Positions 11,004 through 21,156 are shown, counted from the stretch's first letter. The stretch is DNA of 64,000 nt from an uncultured delta proteobacterium (GCA_963765675.1 CAVXXK010000001.1:416001-480000), one strand, 5' to 3'. Notes: generated by a model not told the origin, from the sequence alone. Numbers and translations: made by a program.

Positions 11004-11033
11004 TCGAACGTCTATTTTAGAATATTCGTTCTA
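11004..11033. promoter_or_regulatory. Candidate TetR operator (two related inverted 16-mers)
   Basis: tcgaacgtctatttta and tagaatattcgttcta in the AT-rich divergent spacer between tetR and flavoprotein copy 2. Confidence 0.5.
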
Positions 11034-11127
11034 CCAATTGCGAGGTCCTGAAACCATTTTGAGGCACGCGAAAGAGACCCTGTTCCACCGCGCGAGCAAT
11101 TATGCGCATTGAGCCACCGAGATCACA

Positions 11128-13044
11128 ATGTCAGATGAAATCGTAGTTAAGGGCGGAAGCATCAGAAGAAGGACATTTCTCAAGACGATCGGAATGGCGG
11201 CGCTCCTGCCGATATTGCCGCGCAGCCTCTGGGCGGCTGCGACCACACCGAAGCGGATCAGGTGCCGTCCTACCGATGCGTCGTGGCCGTCGAAGTCGGC
11301 GTGGAAGCAGCTCAACGACGCGGTGGGCGGCAACCTGGCTCCGGTGGACTTTCCGCTCTCGGTACTCAAATCCGACACGGACGGTGCTGCCGCCAAGGAG
11401 CTTCTCGCGAACCTCAAGAATCCTTACTACATGCGCGAGCAGGCTGGGCTGACGCAGAGCCTCGGATGGATCGACGCATGGAAGACCAGCCCTAGCGTCT
11501 ACGCGGTCGCGGCCCGAAATGCGCAGGACATCGCGGCGGCCGTCAACTTTGCTCGCAACCACAACTTGCGTCTGGTGATCAAAGGCGGCGGCCATAGCTT
11601 CCAGGGCACCTCCGATGCGCCCGATTCGCTCCTTATCTGGACGCGCAACATGCACGACATCGAGATGCATGACGCATTCGTGCCACAAGGATGCGAGCAT
11701 ACGATGAAGCCGCAACCGGCGGTGACGGTCGGCGCCGGAACGATCGGGATTCAGGCGTACGAGGCGGTGACCACCAAGAGCGGCCGATACGTTCAGGGCG
11801 GCGGATGCCTCACTGTTGGCCTTGCGGGTCTGGTTCAAAGCGGAGGATTCGGGAGTTGCTCAAAGCACTATGGAACCGCCGCGGGAGGCCTGCTCGAAGC
11901 CGAGGTAGTGACCGCCGACGGCCAAATCCGAATTGCCAATGCGTGTACCAATCCCGATCTCTTCTGGGCGCTCAAGGGCGGGGGTGGCGGCACCTTTGCG
12001 GTCGTCAGCAAGATGACGTTGCGCACGCACGATCTCCCCGACTTCTTCGGCGTCGCCACCTTCAAGGTCAAGGCTGCGTCGGACGATGCATACAGGCGAT
12101 TGCTAGGTGAGTTCGTAAGCTTCTACAAAGAGCATCTTTTCAACGACCACTGGGGAGAGACGGTTCACCTGAAACCCGACAACACGCTTGAGGTCAGCAT
12201 GCTCTCGCATGGGTTGGATGGCGAGCAGGTGAAAAAGACCTGGCAACCGTTTATGGATTGGGTGGCGCAGTCGTCCAATGGATGCTCGATTCAGGGGCGA
12301 GCCAATCTAGGGAGCATCCCGGCGCGACATTACTGGGATCCGCAATGGTGGAACGAGCATTGGCCCGAGATCGTTTTTCCTCGAAATGGCAGCTTACTAC
12401 GCGCGGTGCTTGACGATGTCCTCGTACGGGCTATGGGGCAGCCTTCCCTGAATTTCGATCCGCGGCCCGGCGCGCAGGCGAATAACGCGTGGTGGAAGGG
12501 AGACACCATCGATTGCGGTGCCTTCTGGTGGGGATTCGAGTCGCTATGGCTGCCGGACTCGCTACTCGAGACAGACGCCCAAGTTCGTCTGGCAGACGCG
12601 CTATTTGCAAGTTCGCGGATCTTCGATGTCCAACTGGCGTTCAACAAGGGGCTCGCCGGAGCTCCACCCGACGCGATCGCCGGAGCAAAGGACACTGCGA
12701 TGAATCCGGCGGTTCTGACCGCCTTCGCACTGGTGATCGTTGCTGGCCTGCAAGGACCCGCTTATCCGGGAATCCCCGGTCATGAGCCGTCGGTCGCCGA
12801 AGGCCGGAAAGCTGCGGCGCGGATCGATCAATGTGTGAATCAACTGCGCGCCGTGGCCGGCGATAACGGAGCCTACGTCAGCGAGAGCAACTACTTCCAG
12901 CGGGATTGGCAGCAAGCGTACTGGGGCAGCAATTACGCGCGCCTTGCCCAGATTAAACAGAAATACGATCCGGAGGGGCTGTTTTTCGTCCATAACGGAG
13001 TTGGTTCGGAACAGTGGAGCACGGACGGCTTCACTAAGCTGTGA
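11128..13044 (+). CDS. Tat-exported FAD-linked oxidoreductase, copy 2
   Basis: RRRTFLK Tat motif, KGGGHSFQG, GGGCLTVG; collinear with 8266-10140 along its whole length. Confidence 0.9.
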   Translation: MSDEIVVKGGSIRRRTFLKTIGMAALLPILPRSLWAAATTPKRIRCRPTDASWPSKSAWKQLNDAVGGNLAPVDFPLSVLKSDTDGAAAKELLANLKNPYYMREQAGLTQSLGWIDAWKTSPSVYAVAARNAQDIAAAVNFARNHNLRLVIKGGGHSFQGTSDAPDSLLIWTRNMHDIEMHDAFVPQGCEHTMKPQPAVTVGAGTIGIQAYEAVTTKSGRYVQGGGCLTVGLAGLVQSGGFGSCSKHYGTAAGGLLEAEVVTADGQIRIANACTNPDLFWALKGGGGGTFAVVSKMTLRTHDLPDFFGVATFKVKAASDDAYRRLLGEFVSFYKEHLFNDHWGETVHLKPDNTLEVSMLSHGLDGEQVKKTWQPFMDWVAQSSNGCSIQGRANLGSIPARHYWDPQWWNEHWPEIVFPRNGSLLRAVLDDVLVRAMGQPSLNFDPRPGAQANNAWWKGDTIDCGAFWWGFESLWLPDSLLETDAQVRLADALFASSRIFDVQLAFNKGLAGAPPDAIAGAKDTAMNPAVLTAFALVIVAGLQGPAYPGIPGHEPSVAEGRKAAARIDQCVNQLRAVAGDNGAYVSESNYFQRDWQQAYWGSNYARLAQIKQKYDPEGLFFVHNGVGSEQWSTDGFTKL

Positions 13045-13054
13045 TTTCGACGCG

Positions 13055-13390
13055 GATACCTCTGCTCCACCGGCACACTATACGCGCCATTACCGTCCGA
13101 ATAATCGGCCGGGTTCACGCTTTCCGCATCTGTGGCTCGATCCAGCGCGCCGGTACTCGACGCTCGACTGGTTTGACCGGCAGTTCGCGGTGGTCGCCGG
13201 CTCGATGGGTTCCCAATGAATCGAAGCCGGCGGGCGCGTTTCCGCAAAGATCAACCTGCCGCTCGCTCTTCACACGCTTCCCACGGCGAATCCCGGCGAC
13301 GGATTCCTCATCGGGTTGCGCGGCACCGGGCCGGTGCGTCCTGACGGACACGTCGGATGGCGGATGCCATGGCGCCGCACTGCTGCGCTG
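13055..13390 (+). pseudogene. C-terminal remnant of a PheA/TfdB-type FAD-dependent monooxygenase
   Basis: RPGSRFPHLWL..STLDWFD..F.VVAG and, further on, VRPDGHVGWR; no start, internal stop. Confidence 0.7.
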
Positions 13391-13424
13391 AAAGACCAGG
13401 CTCCCCGCTTGTCTAACGATCGTT

Positions 13425-13535
13425 CGTGTTTTGTTTTCTTTTGAGCCACTAAGAAATTTACCAAACGAACCCACCGAAAATTGCCGAGATCGAAAATTCG
13501 AAGGCATCCGCGTGTCCAGATTCGCGCCAGACGAG
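13425..13535 (-). repeat. Dispersed intergenic repeat (GGGTTCGTTT-core), copy A
   Basis: Reverse complement of 13459-13480 is identical (22/22) to 54649-54670; flanks are also similar. Confidence 0.7.
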
Positions 13536-13603
13536 TACAGAACGCTCTCCCGCACCACTGCGATTTCTTGATAGGGTTCTCGAACACTGCGGAGGTTTGC
13601 GCC

Positions 13604-14677
13604 ATGGCCGACACCAAATCCAATCTCGACTGGAACGTCATCAAGTCTTTCTCCAAGCAGGTCTCGATCGATATCGGAGCCGCGATGCTCGGCGCGATGA
13701 GCTATATCGGCGACCGGCTCGGCATTTTTAAAACTCTCGCGGATTCCGGCGCGGTCACCTCGGCGGAACTCGCGGCCAAAAGTGGCCTCAACGAACGCTA
13801 CCTGCGCGAATGGCTGGGCGCGATGACCGCGGCCGGATACGTGAGCTACGATCCGGCCACCCGGCGCTACGCGATGTCGCCGGAGCATGCGATGGTTCTG
13901 GCGCGTGAAGATTCGCCCTTCTTCAGCGGTGGATTTATCCAGGGAATTATCGCCAACCTCTCCGTCACGCCGAAAGTGATGGAGGCATTCAAGACCGGCA
14001 AAGGCGTCGCGCAGAGCGAGTATCCGCCCGAGACCTTCGAATCGATGGAGCGAGCGTCGGGCGCGATGTATCGGCATCAGCTCGTCCGCAAATGGCTGCC
14101 GACGATGCCGCAAATCGGCGCCGCGCTCGAGGCGGGAGGCTCGGCGGCCGACGTAGGATGCGGCAGCGGGCGCGCGGTGATCGCACTCGCACAGGCGTTT
14201 CCCGCCGCCAAGATTTTCGGCTTCGACGCGCATCCGGGCTCGCTCGAACGCGCGCGCGCGAACGCTCGCGCCGCAGGCCTCGGCGAGCGCATCACGTTCG
14301 AGGTCCGCGACTGCACCAGGCTTCCGACCGCCGCGTTCGATTTCATCTCGACCTTCGACGTGGTGCATGACTCGATCGATCCGCTTGGACTGCTGCGCTC
14401 GATTCGCGCCGCGCTCAAGCCCGGCGGCACCTACTTGATGCTCGAGGTCAACGTGTCATCGCGCGTCGAGGACAATATCAATCCGATGGGCCGGCTGATG
14501 TACTCGATGTCCACGCTGTACTGCATGAGCGTGTCGCTCGGCGGCGGCGGCGCGGGAATCGGCGCCTGCATGGGCGAGGAAAAGGCCCGCGAGCTAACCC
14601 GCGAGGCAGGCTTCACCCAATTCCGCCGCCTGCCGATCGAGGATCCATTTTCGGCGCTCTACGAGCTTCGCGCGTAG
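13604..14677 (+). CDS. Class I SAM-dependent methyltransferase with N-terminal wHTH (Rv2258c-like)
   Basis: IGDRLGIF, GLNERYLREWL, DVGCGSG, FDVVHD; GGAGG RBS upstream of ATG 13604. Confidence 0.88.
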   Translation: MADTKSNLDWNVIKSFSKQVSIDIGAAMLGAMSYIGDRLGIFKTLADSGAVTSAELAAKSGLNERYLREWLGAMTAAGYVSYDPATRRYAMSPEHAMVLAREDSPFFSGGFIQGIIANLSVTPKVMEAFKTGKGVAQSEYPPETFESMERASGAMYRHQLVRKWLPTMPQIGAALEAGGSAADVGCGSGRAVIALAQAFPAAKIFGFDAHPGSLERARANARAAGLGERITFEVRDCTRLPTAAFDFISTFDVVHDSIDPLGLLRSIRAALKPGGTYLMLEVNVSSRVEDNINPMGRLMYSMSTLYCMSVSLGGGGAGIGACMGEEKARELTREAGFTQFRRLPIEDPFSALYELRA

Positions 14678-14719
14678 TCACTACGATTTCGCGAAGATCG
14701 CAACCATCAGCGCCACGCG

Positions 14720-16544
14720 CTATCGCAGACGATTGCGCAGCGCGTTCGTCAGCGTGGGCAGGATCGCGGTCCAGTCGGCGACCAGTCCGATGTTCGCGCG
14801 CTCGAAGATTGCCGCCTCGGGGTCGTTGTTGATCGCGACCACGCATCCGGCGCGCTTTATGCCGACCGTGTGATTCGGCTGACCGCGAAGGCCGATCGCG
14901 AAATACAGACGCGGATCGATCGACTTGCCCGTAAGACCCACCTGCAACTGCCGCGGCACCCATCCCGCGTCAGTCACGCGCCGCGTGGCGCAGAGCGAGC
15001 CGTGCAGCACGCGCACCAACGCGGTCGCCTGCGCGACTCCGTCGGGTCCGCCAATTCCGGTCCCGACGCCAACCACCACCTCCGCGCCTTCAAGCGGCTC
15101 GATCGAGGGATCGAGCAGCGAGTGCGACGCAATCAGGCGGATGAGGGCCGGCGCGATCTCCGGCTGAACCACTTCGACCGGCGCGCGCTTTTCCGCTTGC
15201 GGCTCCGCCAGCTCGAGCACGCCCGAGCGCACCGTCGCCATTTGCGGATAGGTCTTCGATAGAATCGGTGCGACCACATTGCCGCCGAACGCCGGCTTGA
15301 GCGCCACCATCCTGTCGTCCGCGTCGATCTCGATTCCGATCGCGTCACCAGTCAGCCCAAGGCCGAGCCTTGCGGCCAAACGCGGACCCCAATCGCGTCC
15401 GCACTCGCTGGCGGACAGCAGCAATCCCCACGGCGAGCGCTCTCGCACGAGCTGCGCGACAGCCTCGGCCAGGAGCGCAGGCGAATAACCGTCGAGCCCG
15501 GCGTTGCCGAGCACCAGAACGCGATCGGCGCCGTAGCTCGCGACGATCGCCGCGTGCTTGGCGAATGACGCCGGATACCCGACTGCGATCACGGCGCCGC
15601 CGAGGCGCGGGGCCAGCGCGTCGGCCTCGGAGAGCAATTCGAGCGAGCCGCGCGTCACCCGTTGCTCGAGATCGGTTTCGCAGGCGACCCACAGGTCGCG
15701 GCCGCGCACGCTCGGGCGGATTTTCGCCGAGACCGCGCGGCGCGTGTACTTTCGCGGCTCGAGCGCGCCGAGCGCGTCCAGCTCGTCGATCAACGCGGCC
15801 GCGGCGCGCTCTGGGTCGGACGCATCGATCATCCGGCACTCGGTTTTCGGCGGCGGCTGGACGCGCACCGACTGCACCCAGGTCGGCGAGCCGGCAAAAC
15901 CGAACGCCGCAGGATCGCCGCTCAGCTCGCCCGCCCGCACCGTGAGGATCGGCTTCGACTTCGCTTCGTCCTGCGCGCCCGGCTTCATCCTGATCGGTTG
16001 CGCCACGCGCTCGGCGCAAGTCAGCACCGCCGGCATCCGCGCCTCGACTTCGTCGTAGCCCTCGTCGCTCTCGCGTTCGGCGCGAATCAGTCTTGCCCTC
16101 GATTTCGACTTTGCGCACGCCGGTGATTTGCGCGGCGGCGATCAACTCGGCGATTTCGGGACCGACCTGCCCGGTCTCCGCGTCGAGCGAATATTTTCCG
16201 AGCAGCAGCAGATCGAAACTCTCCCGCGCGAGCCAGGTCGCAAGCGCACGCGCGGTCGCCAACGTGTCCGAGCCGGCGAACGCGCGATCTTCCAGGTGCA
16301 CCGCCCGATCCATCCCCATCGCAAGCGCGTCGATCAGCGCGCCGCGCGCCTGCGGCGGCCCCATCGTGATGACCGTGGTGTCAGCGCCGTGGCGCGCCTT
16401 GAGCTCGACCGCGAGCGCGATCGCGCGCAGGTCGAAGGCGCTGATGACCGCGGGTCCGTCGCGCTTGATGGTCTTGGTCTCGGCGTCGAAGTTGGCGTCT
16501 TCAATCAGCGGGATCTGCTTGATGCATACGGCGATCTTGAGCAA
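14720..16544 (-). CDS. Electron transfer flavoprotein beta-alpha fusion, frameshift near 16095
   Basis: EtfB N-terminus (IAVCIKQIP, GSDTLATA, DAETGQVG) continues in another frame to GSPTWV and EtfA motifs (QVGLTGK, AINNDPEAAIF). Confidence 0.8.
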
Positions 16545-16654
16545 GTGCGATCTCCTTGGCTACCGCTGAAGCTAATCGACGCGTGCGCGCGGATGCAACA
16601 TCGCGCGCGGCGCGACCACTTACGGCGGCCTGCGGGATCGGGTACCTTCGCGGG

Positions 16655-17533
16655 ATGACTGGCGCATCCGCACGCGCGCGCACAACTATGATCGCCGCAA
16701 TATTTTGCGCGATTTTCTGCGCCGCGCCCGCTCTTGCGGCAAGCGCAAGCCGCGCCCAGCGAATCGTCTCGTTGGCGCCGTCGGTGACCGAGACTCTGTT
16801 CGCGCTGGGCGCAGGCGACGAGGTCGTCGGCGTGTCGCAGTACTGCGACTATCCTCCGGCGGCAACGCGACTGCCGCGAGTCGGCTCGTTTCTGACCCCG
16901 AACGTGGAAGCGATCATCGGCCTTCGCCCGACCCTGGTGATCGGACTTGGACTCTCCTCCGACACGCGCGAGCTCGACGTGCTGCGCGCGACCGGATGCG
17001 GCGTGATGATCACCAGCGACGACTCGCTGGCCGAGATCGAGGAGGGCATCGTCGAGGTGGGGGCGAGGATCGATCGTGCACAGGCGGCGCGTGCGATGCA
17101 GTCCTCGATCAACGCCGAGATCGATTCGGTGCGTGCGAAAGTCGCAGGTACGCGGCGACTGCGGGTATTGATGCTGGTCGGGCACGAACCGATCTACGCG
17201 GTCGGCGCGCGAACCTACCTCGACGATCTGCTCACGATTGCCAATTCCGAAAACGTCGCCGATTCTTCCGGCCAGCAATGGCCCGAGTTGAGCATCGAAT
17301 ACATCATAGCGGCGCGTCCCGACGTGATCCTCGACGGACAGATGGGCACCGGCGCCGTGGCTCCGAGCCATTTCTGGGAGCGCTTTCCGATCATTCCGGC
17401 CGTGCGGAATCATCGCGTGTACGGCTATCCGCAAAATCCGGTGCTGCATCCGGGACCGAGAGTCGGCAAATCGCTCGAGCTGATCGCCGCGATGATTCAT
17501 CCGGAGCGGTTCACCGCGGAGGCGGCGCAATGA
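16655..17533 (+). CDS. BtuF/FecB-like substrate-binding protein (cobalamin or Fe-chelate ABC)
   Basis: Signal peptide, RIVSLAPSVTETLFALG, CDYP, HPGPR; start approximate. Confidence 0.82.
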   Translation: MTGASARARTTMIAAIFCAIFCAAPALAASASRAQRIVSLAPSVTETLFALGAGDEVVGVSQYCDYPPAATRLPRVGSFLTPNVEAIIGLRPTLVIGLGLSSDTRELDVLRATGCGVMITSDDSLAEIEEGIVEVGARIDRAQAARAMQSSINAEIDSVRAKVAGTRRLRVLMLVGHEPIYAVGARTYLDDLLTIANSENVADSSGQQWPELSIEYIIAARPDVILDGQMGTGAVAPSHFWERFPIIPAVRNHRVYGYPQNPVLHPGPRVGKSLELIAAMIHPERFTAEAAQ

Positions 17534-18561
17534 GCGAGCCGACCCCGTTGGCGCGAGCATACCTGACGCGCGGGCGGATGCTCGCAATCCTGGGCGGGCT
17601 TGGCGCGCTGACCGTGGTGTCGGCGATCGTCGCGACTGCTTTCGGCAGCGTGCATATCAGCCTTGCGCGCGCGCTCGCGGATCCGGCCAGTCCCGACCAC
17701 GTGATCTTCTTCGCGGCGCGGCTGCCGCGCGTAATGATGGGAATCGCGGTGGGCGCTGTTCTCGCCAGTGTCGGAGCGGCTCTGCAAGCGCTCGTGCGCA
17801 ATCCTCTCGCGGAGGGTGGAATTTTGGGGATCTCGGGCGGCGGCGCGCTCGGCGCGATTATCGCGCTGGTATTCCTGTCGCGAATTGGCGGCGGCGAAAC
17901 CATCGTGCCGATATTCGCCTTCGGCGCCGCGCTGTTCTCGACCCTCGCCGTCTATCGAATCGCGCTGGTGGACGGCCAGCTCGAACCGTTCACGCTGCTG
18001 CTGGTCGGCGTGATCTTCAACGCGTTTTGGGGCGCCGCGATCATGCTCGTCAACAGTGTGGTGGACTTTTACTACGCGCACACGATCCTGTTCTGGCTGA
18101 TGGGAAGCCTCGAAGCTCCGACCTGGCGCGAAGTCGGGACCGTCGGCGTGCTCGGCGCCGCGGGTTTCGCCGTGCTGATGTATAAGGCGCGCGATCTGAA
18201 TCTGCTAAGCCTGGGCGACGACGCGGCGGCCGAGCTTGGGGTCGAGGTCAACGCACTGCGGCGCACGATCTTCATCGCGACCTCGGTGATGATCGGCGCG
18301 GCCGTGTCGGTGAGCGGGATCATCTCGTTCGTCGGATTGATCGTGCCGCACGTGCTGCGGCTCGCGTTCGGCTCGGACCATCGGCTGCTCTTGCCGGCGT
18401 CGCTGCTCGGCGGGGCGGCCTTCATGGTAATTGCCGATCTGGCGGCTCGCGTCGTGATCTCGCCGGCGGAGATTCCGGTAGGTGCGATCACCGCGTTATG
18501 CGGCGGTCCGTTTTTTATCTATATGCTGCGGCGTCAGGAGCGCCGTCCGCTTTCACTGTGA
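17530..18561 (+). CDS. FecCD/BtuC family permease
   Basis: RLPRV, QALVRNPLA, GIISFVGLIVPH, EIPVGAITA; ATGA overlap with the upstream gene. Confidence 0.9.
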   Translation: MSEPTPLARAYLTRGRMLAILGGLGALTVVSAIVATAFGSVHISLARALADPASPDHVIFFAARLPRVMMGIAVGAVLASVGAALQALVRNPLAEGGILGISGGGALGAIIALVFLSRIGGGETIVPIFAFGAALFSTLAVYRIALVDGQLEPFTLLLVGVIFNAFWGAAIMLVNSVVDFYYAHTILFWLMGSLEAPTWREVGTVGVLGAAGFAVLMYKARDLNLLSLGDDAAAELGVEVNALRRTIFIATSVMIGAAVSVSGIISFVGLIVPHVLRLAFGSDHRLLLPASLLGGAAFMVIADLAARVVISPAEIPVGAITALCGGPFFIYMLRRQERRPLSL

Positions 18562-19367
18562 ACACTGACGCGACAGGCGCTGTCCGCGCGACGGGTATTC
18601 GCGCCGGTTACGACGCGCACGACGTGCTGCACGGCGTATCGTTCTCGGTCGATCCCGGACGGATCTTCGCGATCGTCGGTCCCAACGGCAGCGGCAAGTC
18701 GACGATCCTGCGCGTGCTCTCGGGCGCGATGCGGCCGCGCGGCGGCGCCGTCGAGATTTGCGGCCGCGCGCTCGAGTCCTACGATCGTCGGGCGCTTGCG
18801 AAAGTCATCGCTTCGGTCGCGCAGGAAAATACCGTTGCGTTTCGATTCACAGTGCTCGAAATCGTGCTGATGGGGCGCGCGCCGCATCTGGGCGCGTTCC
18901 GGTTCGAGAGCGGCGCCGACCTGAAAATCGCACGCGACGCGCTCGAGCGCTTCGATCTGCTCGAGTTCGCGCATCGCCATGTCGAAGAGCTTTCGGGTGG
19001 CGAGCGCAAGCGCGTGTTCCTTGCGCGCGCTCTCGCGCAGGAGCCGCGGGTCGTGATGCTGGACGAGCCGACGGCGTTCCTTGATCTGCGCCACGTCGCT
19101 GGAATCTTCGCACGGTTTCGCGAACTGGCGTCTGAGCGCGGACTGGCGGTAATAGCGACGCTGCACGACCTCAACGCGGCTGCGACCTACGCGGATCGCG
19201 TGATGCTGCTGAAAGATGGCGCGGCAGTGGCGATCGGAACTCCGATCGAGGTATTGACCGAGGACAATCTTACCAAAGTTTACGAAACCGAGGTTTATGT
19301 CGGACGCAATCCGAACACGGGCGCGCTTGCGATTTTTCCGTCCGGCCGTCCGCAGCCGCGCGCCTGA
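18558..19367 (+). CDS. FepC/BtuD family ABC ATPase
   Basis: GPNGSGKS, LSGGERKR, LDEPT, HDLN. Confidence 0.9.
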   Translation: MNTDATGAVRATGIRAGYDAHDVLHGVSFSVDPGRIFAIVGPNGSGKSTILRVLSGAMRPRGGAVEICGRALESYDRRALAKVIASVAQENTVAFRFTVLEIVLMGRAPHLGAFRFESGADLKIARDALERFDLLEFAHRHVEELSGGERKRVFLARALAQEPRVVMLDEPTAFLDLRHVAGIFARFRELASERGLAVIATLHDLNAAATYADRVMLLKDGAAVAIGTPIEVLTEDNLTKVYETEVYVGRNPNTGALAIFPSGRPQPRA

Positions 19368-19427
19368 TCGCTAGCCATGCGCGTCGCCAGATTGCCCGGC
19401 TGCGCGCGTGCCGGTAAGTTTGAATTG

Positions 19428-20132
19428 ATGAGTGCAAATTCCCGCGAGCCGCGGCATCTGATTTTCGACGCCGACGACACGCTCTGGGACTCGAACATCC
19501 ATTTTCTCGAAGCCTTCGCCCAATTCGCCGCGGCAGCCGCGCGCAGCAATCCGGGAATCGCGGAAAAGTCCGCCGCGGACGCGGTGCGGCGCGCCGAACT
19601 CAAGCTGATCGAGACGCACGGCTATGGGCGGCGTCCGTACGTGCTGGCGCTGCACAACGCAGCCGATCAACTCTCGCCCAACGGCGGCGGAGAGGCACTT
19701 CACGCTGCGATCGAGGAGATCGGAGAGCGTCTCTGCACCCGGGAGTGTCCTCTGTTGCCCGGCGTCGCCGAGACGGTCGCCGCGCTCGCGGGGCGCCATC
19801 GCCTGGTACTCTTCACCAAGGGTCAGCGCGACGAACAGTTGCACAAGCTCGCTCGCTCCGGCCTGGAAAAATATTTCAGCCGGGTCGAGACGCCGCGCGA
19901 AAAGGACGTTGACGCATACCGGCGGCTGATCCTCGACGCGCAGTTGCATCCGGAGCGAGCATGGATGATCGGCAATAGCCCTCGCTCGGACATTAATCCG
20001 TCGGTGCGCGCCGGCCTGCGCGCGGTTTTCATCCCGCATCCGCATACCTGGGAGCTCGAGGACGAGGAGCTTGATATCGACGACCGCATTGTGCGCTTGG
20101 GTAGCTTTCGCGGCCTCCTCGATCTGTTCTAG
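19428..20132 (+). CDS. HAD-superfamily hydrolase
   Basis: FDADDTLW, TKG, MIGNSPRSDI. Confidence 0.85.
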   Translation: MSANSREPRHLIFDADDTLWDSNIHFLEAFAQFAAAAARSNPGIAEKSAADAVRRAELKLIETHGYGRRPYVLALHNAADQLSPNGGGEALHAAIEEIGERLCTRECPLLPGVAETVAALAGRHRLVLFTKGQRDEQLHKLARSGLEKYFSRVETPREKDVDAYRRLILDAQLHPERAWMIGNSPRSDINPSVRAGLRAVFIPHPHTWELEDEELDIDDRIVRLGSFRGLLDLF

Positions 20133-20145
20133 TATAGCGGTCCTG

Positions 20146-21156
20146 ATGTCCACGGCGGAGTTAATCGCCGATCCCCCTCGTTCGAAGCATGCCGAGCACG
20201 CAAAGCCGCGCAAGCGCAGGCCGCCGCTCGCGCTGCGTCCGCTGCATCGCATGTGGCGGCGAACGATCGACGAACTCGACGTCACGCGAATCGAGCTCCC
20301 GATGCGCGGCCTCGCGGAAGTGCATCACGGCGTGGTCGCGTGCCAGATCAGCGATTTCCACGTCGATCGCGACGAGGACCTGGCGCGGCTGCACGTCGCG
20401 GTCGAGGCGATAAATCGCGAACGTCCCGAGCTGGTGTTTCTGACCGGAGATTATTTTTCCGGGCCGGATACGATGCAGCGCTATCTGGCGCCGTTTCGCG
20501 AGGCGCTGTCAGGACTCAAGCCGGCGCACGGCGTGATCGCCATTCTAGGGAATCACGATCACTGGTCGTCGGCCGACAAGATCACCGCCACGCTTCGCGC
20601 CGCAGGCGCCGACGTGCTGTGCAACGAAAACCGTCGCATCGCGATTCGCGGACGCGAGTTGATCGTTGTCGGAATCGACGACTTGTGGTCGCGGCACGCG
20701 GAACCCGCGCGGGCGTTTGCGGGTGTCGAGCCCGGCGAAAGCGCGATCGTGCTGGCGCATAATCCTGACACCGCTCTGTACGCGCGCCATCTGCATCCGG
20801 GCGTGATGCTGTCGGGACACACGCACGGCGGCGTGGTACGAATTCCGTATTACGGCTCGCCGCTCAAATCGATTCTCCGAATCGGCAAGCGGTTTTACTC
20901 AGGCCTCAACCGCTACGAAGATTTTTTCATTTATACCAATCGGGGGCTCGGCACCTTTTGGCTGCGGATCAGAATCAATTGCCGCCCCGAGATCTCCCGC
21001 TTCAGCCTGGTGCCGCTCGATCCTGCCACGCTTCAGTCCGCGATCGCATCAGAGACGGCGCCGGAATCGCTGCCCGATGAAGTAGTCCGCCGAAAGCGCC
21101 GCCGAACCAAACCGGCTCGCGTCAAACGGCCGCGGCGCCCGCGCAAGACGCATTAA
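20146..21156 (+). CDS. Metallophosphoesterase (YkuE/YaeI-like)
   Basis: SDFH, TGD, GNHD, LAHNP, SGHTHGG, NRGLG; basic tail. Confidence 0.88.
   Translation: MSTAELIADPPRSKHAEHAKPRKRRPPLALRPLHRMWRRTIDELDVTRIELPMRGLAEVHHGVVACQISDFHVDRDEDLARLHVAVEAINRERPELVFLTGDYFSGPDTMQRYLAPFREALSGLKPAHGVIAILGNHDHWSSADKITATLRAAGADVLCNENRRIAIRGRELIVVGIDDLWSRHAEPARAFAGVEPGESAIVLAHNPDTALYARHLHPGVMLSGHTHGGVVRIPYYGSPLKSILRIGKRFYSGLNRYEDFFIYTNRGLGTFWLRIRINCRPEISRFSLVPLDPATLQSAIASETAPESLPDEVVRRKRRRTKPARVKRPRRPRKTH

Noticed and set aside
16545-16690. Cobalamin riboswitch upstream of the BtuF-like ABC operon
   Set aside because: The spacer is short and I see no B12-box or other conserved riboswitch elements
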